Assembly (NCBI GenBank): GCA_051362555.1
Contig: CM120644.1
Location: forward strand, 10,114,954 to 10,178,953
Direction: 5' to 3'
Source of the DNA: Lingula anatina
Lineage: Eukaryota; Animalia; Brachiopoda
DNA: 64,000 bases
Shown here: in pieces, positions 51,201 through 61,890 of the stretch
How the letters are laid out: each line of letters opens with the position of its first letter
How positions within the stretch are numbered: the stretch's first letter is position 1
Made by a program: the position numbers and the translations under genes
The notes under the pieces: generated by a model
Databases searched by the model: none
Told to the model about the DNA's origin: nothing
Seen by the model: only the letters and a program-made list of their open reading frames with translations

Positions 51201-54200
51201 CTTTGCAAACCACGCATATAGTTTTTTTTTTAAGTAAAAAAAGCTATTTAAGACTAAGTTGTGTTTTTTTTATTTCGATTTATATTTCAATGTTGTCTCA
51301 TGTTTTCAGAGCATTTCAAGAAAGTTCAAACGATTCACGAATTCGGCTTTTAATGATGTTTGAAGCGTGTAAGGCGTCATATATGTTTATAGAAAGTGTA
51401 TTAGAAATTGAACTTAAGTAAACGTACTGAGAACGAACTCAAGACTCACAAATAGTGTTTGGTCATAAAAGATTTTACTTTTCTCAAAGACCACTTATAT
51501 TTGCACTACAATCTTATAATATACAGAGGTAGTCCTAATTACGTATTCCGCCCCATTTTAATCAAAACGGAAAAAAGAATACACACACATTTTATCATTT
51601 CAAGATGAACAATGTGACAGAAAACAAACTATCACAGACGACAGAATTTACAACAGACATGAAGGGGCAAATGAAGGGCCACAAATTTATGTACATTACT
51701 TTATCTGTAATATTAATACGTTGAAAAAACTGTAATTATAATAATAAACAATATACATGTTGAAAAGAACTAAACCAATACTCTTTTATTCTGATGCCTG
51801 CCAACAGTTATGGCATAAAAAAACGTCCAAAAATGTGGGTGTTTTCGAGCAAGAAAGATGTTCTTGCGCATTGCAAATGACACACCGAATAAACTCGTAC
51901 ACTTCTTCCACCAACTCAGTTGTGCTAGTGCTTGGTGGCTCCATTCCATTGCAAACGCTACAGATCGGTGCCGGCCGACGGGGTGTAGGTCTACTTGGTG
52001 CCTCCGTCCCTTCCCGCGGTTCTACAAGGAAGAAATTTCCTGCCACGATGCCCATTCTTTTTGCCCTCTTTTCATATGCTCTTTTCCTTTTCTCTTCTTC
52101 CTTTTTCTCTTTCTCCTGTCTTCTTAATTCTTTTCTTCGTTCCACTTCCAAGGCCTTCTGTGCCTTTCGATCGTGTGCCTCAGCCCTCTTTCTGTCCCTC
52201 TCCTCGCCCGCTCTTTTCTTCTCCTCCTCCTTCTCTATCCTTCGCTTAGCGGCATCTTCCCTTTTCTTGTGTTTTTCTTGAACAATCCTGTGGCTTTCTT
52301 CCTCTTTTCTTCTTTTTTCTGCCATCACTTCGTCCGACGTCAGTACTTGCGATCTACTATAATCTGTTGCAAATCTTCTTTTTCTCATGGGCGCCCCTTC
52401 TGCTGGTACAATTAGCACTTTCGCGATGGTTGGAGACACTATGCCCATCTTCACCATTGGGTGTTGCTTAATCTTGCATATGTGACCACAGTAACAGACA
52501 GGTGTCGCGTCAGTAGAGTCTGTTTGCGTCATCGAGTCCGTCTTGTCTGTCAGCTGTCCATTGTCATCGTAATATGTCTGAGTGGTTTGGTCTTTTCTCT
52601 CTTCGTCGTCACCGCTGCACTCCAATATGAGGCTGCACACGTCTTACATGGTTGGCATTGGTTACCTTTCTTTCATATGGGAACTGTTTTCCCTTCTTGG
52701 CAACAACTTTCGAGCTTGCTTTAGATTGAAAGTAAGTCTCATCTACATTGTAGATTTTACTTGGACAGGTAATGTTGTGCAGTGCGAGAGTTTCTTTTAG
52801 TAAATCAAAATGCGATTCTGCAACGGATTGCTGCGACATGACGGCTCTGCCTCTGAAAAATAATTTTCTAGAACGGTTACAGCACAGCGATTTTGCCTTT
52901 AAGTACCTTTAACACAATGCCTTTGTTAAATGGAGGAAAAAAGCCCACACTCATATGTGAACATTTTAGGTTGTAAAAAAAATGAATTTGGAATGACCAT
53001 CATTATTATTACCACAATCATTATTATTTTCAGTCACAGGCACACCTATTGATTAATCCCGGCTTTCTTAGAGAGAGCTCGAGGTGCCTTTGCCTAAGGC
53101 GCCACCACCAACCATCCGATGCAAGAAACTCCACATTTGGGTCCCTTTCTTTCATAATCCCTTTTGCAAAGTGCCCCATCAGGTCTCTTGTCAGAGGAAA
53201 ACCCCAGTCAGCCATAAGCATAGCATAGGCTATTAGGGCTTCCTCGTCGTCTGGGTTCATTAAAGGTTTTTTCTTAGGTGTAAACTTCAGTCTTCCTTTT
53301 GTGATAGACGCATATAAGAGAGACAGAGAAATGAAGTGAAACAGGATATACCTTAAGAGCAGGACAGGAAAGAGAATTTGCCCAAGGCAAGAATTAAACA
53401 ACAAATACTCATAAAATTAAAATAAAAACGTTTTTATTTACAAACCAATTTACGTTTTAGTTTTTCTTTGTTTTTATTGTTATTAATACGAACATAAAAT
53501 GCAACTCATACGGTCATTACCAGCATATATGCTCACGTATATTGTTCACCGGTTCATTACTTTTATAGTCACTACTTGTATATTCTAAGATTCGGTACCT
53601 GACACATGGTCACCAATCGTTGTTACTGGCACACCAAAAGCGCGTGACGCTTCAGTCAACGTGTACGTGCCTACTTGCACAGACAAAACAGCTGCATCTA
53701 ATTGTTCTAAGTTATATTTCCGTGGCATATTGAAAACTGATTTGACATTTTTGGTTTAATTAATGTTGTTTTAAAATGTAAACACACATAATTTGGGCTT
53801 TTATTTTAGATAAACAAACATAACTAGGCCATCATTTGCTGAAGTTGGATATTCTAAAGGATTTCTTTTTAAATTAAACCTCAAGATCAGTTACTTACGT
53901 AACCCGTCTTGTAACATTACTATTGTAAGGGTCTCTAGCTGTGATTCACCAAACTACTACATGTGTATGTGTGTTGTGACACATATTATTGACCCATACA
54001 AGAAAACAATCCTAACTACAATTGATCGGGACGATTTTATTTACACTCACAAGAGAGATGAATTGGAGACAAAAACAAAGGACATCATTTGGATACTTAA
54101 GATGCCTTTTTTCAAGGTTTGTGTTTATCACTAAGTTTGAAGCAATGTGTTTACAAGCCGTGTACATTGTACCTGTAATACTACGTCGGGTACTACGGAG

Positions 54201-55622
54201 GTGATAAACATCCAGAGTATAGAGAATTACGGCTGGGTTAACATGTGGAAAACATCAATCAGCCAGTAACGTTTCTAGCAAAGGACACGCACCTGTTAGA
54301 ATTTTAAAAATCTAGAATATATAAAGCAGATGAATGTGGTATTTTTCTACTTCATTTGAACTTACAAAGTTTCACCGGCGACAATAAATAATGATAAATT
54401 AAATTTGAGTTACTCATACGAAGGATGCGCAAATAATAGGACGTCGACAAGAGCATAAAAGCACGGAAAGTTATGTAAGTAAACATTATTTCTGTTCAAC
54501 TAACTTCTTCTACAACATGTGTAAGGTCGTTATCAACACTTTTTGTATTATAAACAAAAGTTAAAATGTTGCGTTCGATACTTTGTATCAGACGCTACAA
54601 CTTACTTGACTACGCAGTATGTTTACGCAGAGCATGCCGGGAAAAATAGCGAAAAAAAGCACGTACTTCCAGTTTGCGTCGATTTCTTGAAGGCGTCGAT
54701 TTCTTGAGGGGCAAGTCTATATCTCTAAAACTGGCAGAGATACGTCCATAGTTATTGTTGAACTTGAGTGGGAAGTCATATACTGGCAATTTAACTGTGA
54801 CCTAGAAATTGGCCTTTGACCTACTTTTCATCATTAACTGAACTTTGTAAAATTTCTCTCTTATATCTCGAAAACAGGCAAAGATACGCACATAGTTACT
54901 ATTGAACCCAAATAGGAAGTCATATACTGGCAATCTAACTGTGACCTTGAAATTGACCTTTGACCTACTTTTTATGATGAACTGTACTTTGCATGTTCTG
55001 GCCTTTATATCTCCAAAATTGGCAAGGAAATGTCCATAGTTACTAGTGAACTTGAATTGGAAATTATATAATGTGACCTTGAAATTGACCTAATTTTTCA
55101 CCATGAACTGAACTTTGCATATTTTCTTGCCCCTCACATCTTCAAAACTAGCAGAGATCTGCTCATTGTTGCCCTTAGGTGTTCTCTTTTGTCAGCATAT
55201 ATGCAACACTGTAACACATTTCAAGGAAAACCAAGGGGGCTGTTGTCTAGAAAATCACAGGAGTGATCAGTGTTAGGAAAATACAGGCCAATTGGAAAAT
55301 CCGCTTGATTGGACCATTTTTATGTTTTTTTTTTGTTTGTTTGTTTTTTGTTTTTTTTTTTTTGCATATTTTGAGAATTCTTGTTTATTGCATAGAGCTT
55401 GTAGAGGACAAGACTGATAGTGGTGTCCCTTTTTTTTTTGGGGGGGGGGTGTGTGTTCATTTGAATGTGCTTACTCCAGCTGGTGGTACAATATCTAGAG
55501 GCGGTATCGCCTCTCTGATCCTCTAGTTTATACTTAATGACATATTTTAGAGACATCGGATACAACAAGGTAGATAGGCTTTATCCTTCAGCGTTGGAAT
55601 GTTTCAAGAACCTCATAACTTT
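45244..55622 (+). CDS. Secreted or cell-surface leucine-rich-repeat protein (5' part; continues beyond the last exon found)
   Basis: Exon 45244-45569 encodes a signal peptide (MKGILLLACLVCLLQLAST) and a Cys-rich segment. Four phase-2 LRR exons follow: 45869-45943 (75 nt, ILRNMGF..LKSI), 49173-49244 (72 nt, NLAYNKI..LRYL), 49683-49787 (105 nt, NMSHNLL..LRIL) and 55551-55622 (72 nt, DIGYNKV..LITL). Together they give LxxLxLxxNxI repeats. Confidence 0.82.
46155..46763. mobile_element. ~609-bp MITE related to the pogo-like element (second copy)
   Basis: Same TIRs and TA flanks as 28315-28921, with near-identical internal sequence. Confidence 0.92.
46854..47019 (+). mobile_element. MITE family C copy
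   Basis: TAGGGGTGGATTC...AATCCACCCCTG with 5-bp TSD TATTG. Confidence 0.85.
47521..48980. mobile_element. Non-autonomous TIR element with 3-bp TAA TSD (Zator or PIF/Harbinger type)
   Basis: TIR GGCCACACTTTTTTATTTTTATGGATGACATCCT / AGGATGTCATCCATAAAAATAAAAAAGTGAGGCC, with TAA on both sides. Confidence 0.85.
47906..48518. mobile_element. Young MITE with perfect 77-bp TIRs and 8-bp TSD (hAT- or P-like), nested in the TAA element
   Basis: Bases 47906-47982 are the exact reverse complement of 48442-48518. CA...TG termini. TSD GTCCAAAG at 47898-47905 and 48519-48526. Confidence 0.93.
50873..54717 (-). mobile_element. pogo/Tigger-like (Tc1/mariner superfamily) DNA transposon, 3.85 kb, internally deleted
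   Basis: TIRs GACTTGCCCTTCAA..../TTGAGGGGCAAGTC with TA TSD. Removing the element restores a contiguous 146-bp satellite unit. Confidence 0.9.
51786..53330 (-). pseudogene. pogo-like transposase remnant: CENP-B-type HTH, start of DDE domain, coiled coil, C-terminal PHD finger
   Basis: EEALIAY..LMADWGFPLTR...SDGWWWRLRQRH.ELSLRKP (CENP-B-type HTH), an intron at ~53046-52853, and IYNVDET (first catalytic D). The sequence then jumps with a frameshift to VLTSDE plus a K/E/R coil and CSVC...FIRCVIC...HLSC...FLCHNC (PHD-like). The rest of the DDE domain is missing. Confidence 0.85.
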
Positions 55623-56495
55623 GTGAGTATCCTGATTTATATCAATGGTTTAGGCATGTTGATGTGTTTGGACACACACAGCTGCACACACATATGTTGT
55701 GTATTGATAACATACACTGTTAGTTTTGATTAAGACATAAAAGAAGCTGTAGTTTAATTTCCACATTCTAGTTAAAATGAGGTATTAATCTTGTGGATAA
55801 ACTCTCAAGTACATTTCAGGGCGTCAAGTTCCTATTTTTTGGAGATGTTCCAATTTTTTCCTATTTTTCAGAGAAAATTCCTATTGTTTCCTATTTTTTT
55901 TGTCTAAAAATGATTTTGTGTCAAATCGTGTTGGTTACTGGAAAATAAGATATGTGGACACTAGTCAATATTGAACTATTTATGAGCATTTGGAGAAATT
56001 TACCAAAAATATTGGCTAACTAAGCTTGTCTTGTTAAAGTACAATGCAGGAAGGTGCAAAGATTACTCAAAATTTTGCTTGAGTTTTGTATAGATGCCAA
56101 TATCAGGGGTCGAAACAGAGGGTCGCCCACTCGCCAATGCGACTTAGAAACGTCCTGGGCGACTACCTGTCAGGGGTACTGGTCCGTTTTGGCGACCGCT
56201 GAAAAGTGCCGAACATCGTTGCCAAACCCATCTTATATTTCACTATCAAATGGCAAAATCTGATCAATTATTGAAGTATTTCTTGTCTCTCTCAAATGAA
56301 AACACATGAGCACGGCCATATTGCATTTTAACAGCAGGCCGAACGTCTTTTGGCTCGAGCGCTGTGATTGGCTCCCTCGTGTTGCTGCAGCAAATTTCCA
56401 CCAATAAGAGATTGTTTTGTGTTCAGCAGCCATGACGTCACACCCCGGCAATGTTAAATGTACTTTTTTTTACATTTAATAAAAAAACATGAGGT

Positions 56496-59400
56496 GTGTC
56501 AAAACCTGCACCAAAAAGAAAAATAGCCCCTGATGAGGAAACAAACAAAGATAAAAAGAAAGAATATGATGCTTCTGAATCTTATGAAAAACATAAAAGA
56601 AGTAGGCAATTTTTGCCAAAGTGGACAGTTGGCAGGCCTTGGTTAAAAAATACACCAACTGGAATGACTTGCACTGTGTGCATAGAACATGAGGAGGCAC
56701 TGAAAGGGCAGTGTGCAATACAGTCCAGAGTTTTTATTGATGGGTGCAACAGCATGAAATCTGAGAGCATCTCCCTACATGAGAACGCACAGGCTCACAG
56801 GCTAGCACTTAGCATTGATTCTAGGTGAGAAAAACCCATACTAATTTACATATATAATAAATATAAATTTACATATAAATATAATATAAATATTAAAATA
56901 ATAGTAATATTAAATTATATATAATATGTTATTTAATATTAAATATAATTTACATATAAATCGTATTATCACATGATGATTTTTATTTGTCACTGGTTAT
57001 TTCTCACAACATAAATAATCATAGTTGAATGAATATTTTAAACATAAAATATATTGATTAAAATATGGATATATGTAATAGTTATATTTATTTCATAATA
57101 ATTTTTTATATATCCAGAAAGTTGCAACCGGAAATGTCCCCAGCCACCCTTGCATGTCAAGCCCTGAACAAAGCACACATGGAAAAGCTACGCCTGCTAT
57201 TCCGCAACACACATGCCTTGGCAAAAAACAGAAAATCATTTTTAGACTACAAATGGCTATGTGACCTTGATGAAGTTAAGGTATCTCAGGAATATCTGCT
57301 AATTTTTGTCAAATTTGGTATCATTGTCATAGATGTCATGAATTTCTTGCTAAAAGACTGCAGTGAATCATTCTATCATTTGTTAGCCCTGTTATCTATT
57401 AGACCAGATACAGTGTCTGTGCATAATTATTATTGCAAAATATTTCCAGGGCTTGGAACCTGGGAAAACTTACCATAATGAGACTGCATGCCGAACATTC
57501 ACAAAGTCTATTGCTAGCACCACCAAGCAACAGTTGGCCGATGTCATCAATAACAGAAGTTTCATTAGTATCACATCAGATGGATCAACAGACAGTTCTC
57601 GCACAGAGCAGGAGATTTTATTTGTTAGGTTTGCTGAGAAAGGTACTGTGCATACTGTATTTGCAGGGATTGTATCACCTAAGAGCCCTGATGCTATTTG
57701 GATATATAATGCCATCCTGAAAGGCCTAGAGGGAATGGGTATCACACAGGACACCCTTAGGGAAAAACTGGCAGGTCTGGGGTGTGATGGTGCATCAGTG
57801 ATGACAGGGAGAGTTGGTGGAGTGGCTGCATTCTTTAGAGATCTGCAGCCATCAGCGACAGTCATTCACTGCCTGGCACACAGGCTGGTATTATCATGTA
57901 AAGAGCATCAAGCTCTATGATTCCACTGTTGTCTTGCTCATGTTAGTGTATTATTTTTATAGAAACTCCCCAAAGCAGAGGGAGAATCTTAAGAGTTCCT
58001 TCGAGAGCCTGGGTAAACCTGTTGGTATCCCTACGCGAGTTGGTGGCACAAGGTGGGTTGGCCATATGCTGCTGGCTGTGGAGACATTTCTTAAAGGACA
58101 CCAGGCCATCTATAATCAAATGAAGGACTGTGTCAACCAAAAGGCAAAGGTATAAGTACAATATGTATAATGCAAAGAATTCATCTGTGTTATTCCAGAT
58201 TATATCATTATATTAGTGGTAGTAAATATCCCATCCATGCTGGGTATGTGTATAAATGTTGAATGTAAATATTCCAAATCAAGTAAATGTAATATTAATT
58301 GATTAATCTCAAATGTTATATGTGAATAAATGTGAATATACTAAGGTTCAATAAATATTGTAAATATTTACAATAGGGTACAATAAATTTATTTGCAACT
58401 ACAACAATACGAAAGTATAAATATAAAGTTTTTAGGTATGTACACTATTTATAAAAGAGGATATATTTATTAGGGTGAGAGTACAACGAAGGCTCTTGGG
58501 TACTTGCGTCTAATGAAGAGGCCTGACATCCTTGCCTATATATATCCACCTCTTCAAAGATGTTCTGAAGCCCCTGAAAGCACTCTCCACTGCACTGCAG
58601 GCAAATGATACAACACTGGCAGATGTTTGTGATAAGATAGAGATGGCCAAGTCTGTCCTAGATTCCTATAAAACAAGATATGTATATTTTTGCATGAATG
58701 TTTTCATGTTTGCATGTTTTTAGCAGATTCACTGATCGCATTATTCAATTTCAAATTAATTTTTTTCTGGGTGATGGTGTTTATTCCCTTCTTGTATTTT
58801 GCTTTTTGTAAACATTAACTTGTGGTGATGGTGATTCTTACTTCATAACATTTCCTCAGAAATGGCCCCAACCTATGCAAGTATTTTGCTGACCAGGAAA
58901 GTGATGAAAAGGTGTCTGGGAAGGTTGATGAAAAGAGATTTAACAGTACTAGAGAAACCTTAGTTAGCAACATAATTGCTGCACTTGAAAAGAGAACAGC
59001 AGATGTATCCAGCAAGTTCATCTCTGCCACTGAACTAGCTAATTTCAAGTACTGGCCCTTGTATGACCAGCCGGAAGTTACAGGTAAAATAGTTTAAATG
59101 ACTAATGTTGGTGAGAAATTTTAGTAAATTTCTGTTTCCCATGGTGATACTTGAACTTCTGTTTGTCATATTTTGCATCATAATTTTCATTTTTTTTTAT
59201 TTTAGACTTCGGTGAGACCCAAATCATGACAATCTGTGAACAATACAATAACCTCCTGGAGAGGTCTGGCTTCTCGGCTCAAGATGTCATCTCTGAGTGG
59301 ACTATGCTCAAAAACCAACTTTACAAGAGGTAGGAAAGACTAATACAGATTCATTATATTAATAATATGATAAACCAATTTATTATGATAAACCAATTTA

Positions 59401-60953
59401 TAATGATAAACCAACCTGTTTTCTTCTATCTCTGATTTCAGATAAAGGGAGAAGGTACAGAAGTTGACATGGACAGAGGTTTAAGCCTCATATGCTGATG
59501 AAGACCATGCCAAAGTTTTGTCTCTCATAGATCTAGTTCTCTGCCTTCCTGCCAGCAGTTCAGAGAATGAGCGTGGTTTTAGCAAGCTGAAACTAATCAA
59601 AACAGACCACCGGTCAAAGATAAAAACATCTACTCTGGACAGTTTGATGTCAATCCAGATGGGCAGTCCTTCCATCCAGGACTTTGATCCTGATGCTGCC
59701 ATACAGGCCTGGTTGGGTGCTGTGAAGTCCTCAAGAAGACCAGGGCCCAGTTTCATCAAGGCTGGATAGCGCTATCTTATAGATAAAAATGGCCGCTATC
59801 CTCTGGATAGTGCGTTTCATCAACAGTGGATAGCGCTATCCATGGGGTAAATCAGCTTATCCAGAGGAAAAAGTTGTCCGCTCGAAATAGGTGGGATAAA
59901 TCTGCACTCATGCTGTTAAAAAATCAAAAATGGCAAACCTGCTTGCTTTAGGAGTAAATCCTATGAGATTTCACAGGTGTAGAATGATAAGAAAGAGAAT
60001 TTTAGAAGATATGTGTTTGCTTTTGATACTTTATGTGATACTGAATCAATAGATTACATAACAGACTTTATCAAAGTTGACAGCGTGCCTGCTACGGACA
60101 GAACCCATGCAATCTCGGTGAGAGGCCAATTATCTTTTATTTTACTTAAACATACCTTTCAAATCGACGAAAAAATTCTACACTGCAATTGACATAATCT
60201 GCCAAACGTGCCAAGTCAGCTATTTTGTTAGAAAGTATGTCACGACCTTGCCCTTCAACTGCACATTGTAAACATTGCATGAGGCACAATGTGATGTGTT
60301 TTTGACACTGACACTAAAATATCCTGTAGATATTTTCCCCATTATTTTAATGAATGTACCATCTTGAAATATACTTAGCATATTGTTTATTATGGGTAAT
60401 TTATTTTCCAAATATGGTATAGATCACTTTTTTGTTAGCAACTATCATGGCTTTTATAATGTTTACAGCAACCAACTGCATTATGGGAATGTCTTTTTCC
60501 AAATATGTTATTGGATAAATTTTTATCCACTGGATTACTATCATGCTGTTTATCCAGCCTTTGTGAAACACAAATTTATACAGAGAATAACAATACAGAG
60601 GATAAGAAATTTATACCATGGATAGTGTTATCCATAGAATAGCTTATCCAGCTTTGATGAAACGGGGCCCAGGTGTCAGAGATGGGGGTGCTGTGAAGAG
60701 TTGTCGTTTGAGGGTGACAAGAGAAAGAGGAGAAGGAAGAAGAGAAGAATGATCAGGAGCAGGCGGGGGAGGTCATGGATGTTGATGATGGTCAAGAGGG
60801 TCCTGCTAAGGTCATGGATGACAGTGAGGAAGAACAAAATGTTTATTTCAATGAAGAGGATGAGGATGATATCGATGAAGGATTCGAGGATGATGATGAT
60901 GAGCTAGCAGAGGAGGATGTGTACAAACAGTTAAAGGAACTGACTGGAATATG
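56496..60953 (+). pseudogene. Multi-exon hAT transposase pseudogene
   Basis: TTF-type Zn finger (KW..RPWL...MTCTVC...HENAQAH), FISITSDGSTD, LGCDGASVMTG, HCLAHRL, GGTRW, dimerisation motif LPASSSENERGFSKLKLIKTDHRS and an acidic tail. Frameshifts near 57900 and 58530, an in-frame TAA at ~59482, and a MITE insertion at 59744. Confidence 0.88.
59744..60669. mobile_element. PIF/Harbinger-like MITE inserted into the last hAT transposase exon
   Basis: TIRs GGCCCAGTTTCATCAAGGCTGGATA / TATCCAGCTTTGATGAAACGGGGCC. 3-bp TSD CAG at 59741-59743 and 60670-60672. Repeated GGATA/TATCC subterminal motifs. Confidence 0.88.
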
Positions 60954-61797
60954 AATGTGTTTAGATAATCATATAGAAATAAAAATGGATGTTAAACATG
61001 TATGCGTTTTTGTTATATATCTAGTAGCTTGAAACTACTAATTTTTAACGTAAAATTTTACGGACCAGTACTTCTTGGTAAGGACCAGTACCTCTAAGGT
61101 CCACTGGTCGGTATTGGCCAGTCCTGCCCAAATTCTGTATAGACCCCTGATTATGTGGAACACATTGATGTTTGTTGGCTTAGCATCAGACTTAGATCTG
61201 AACAAAGCTACTCCCTACAATTTGGGGAAGTACTGGGGTATGCAGTGGCTACCCATCAGTACCATCTAGTCAAAATACAGCATCACCTAGGATGAAAATA
61301 AAGCACCAAAACCCTTCAGCTGCAATAGTGAAACAGCTTAAACTTTGATTTTATGGTGAAATTGTATAGATACTTGTTGCAAACAAAAACTTGTGATAAG
61401 CATGTCCTTCCCATTTGGCACATTCCATGAATAAAATGAGCCCTTCAGAATGCCTGCCAAATTATCCCCAAATTTTTTCACTTTTGCACATTGAAATTGT
61501 GGTTTAGGTTATTAATTCTGCATTCACAGTCAATCTCATAGTTCCAATCACTAATGGCAATTGTTGTGTATGAGACCAAAAATAGTAATCCCTGCAAAAC
61601 AGCAGTAGGGACAAAAAATTGTCTAGTGGAAAAGTGATTGTTCATCGGTAAACAGGTCGAAAAATGTTAGAATATATTTTTGATAGTATTTTTAGTGCAT
61701 TGTTTTGTCTACATAAGCGCAATGTATAAAATGAAATGTGCTTTTAAAACAGATATGTTATAATAATAGTATTGAATAGAATTAATTAGAATTAATT

Positions 61798-61860
61798 AGT
61801 ACCACCAGTGTGTACGCTGGCGGTACTCATGGTTTTAGTCCCGACCCATCTCGTAGAGCT
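61798..61860 (-). mobile_element. Truncated family A terminus
   Basis: AGTACCACCAG..CTGGCGGTACTCATGGTTTTAGTCCCGACCCATCTCGTA matches 50141-50200. Confidence 0.8.
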
Positions 61861-61890
61861 TGTCAAGTGCAGCACTGAAGGTGATTTCCA

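Larger units (their letters stand above)
50139..55170 (-). mobile_element. Helentron/HINE-like family A copy 2 (reverse), interrupted by a pogo-like insertion
   Basis: Terminal hairpin AGTACCACCAGC..GCTTGCGGTACT at ~50141-50170. The body is the reverse complement of 1990-2520. The 146-bp units lie at 50750-50870 and resume at 54720-55170. Confidence 0.8.
56104..61149 (+). mobile_element. hAT-superfamily transposon (ZNF862-like transposase), decayed
   Basis: Imperfect TIRs CAGGGGTCGAAACAGA / TCTGTATAGACCCCTG. Flanks AATAT/ATTAT, with no 8-bp TSD. Confidence 0.85.

Noticed and set aside
51757-52415. Hydrophobic F/S/L-rich plus-strand ORFs
   Set aside because: They are antisense shadows of the K/E/R coiled-coil region of the pogo-like transposase.
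60701-60907. Arg/Met-rich protamine-like ORF
   Set aside because: It is an alternative frame of the acidic C-terminal tail of the hAT transposase pseudogene.
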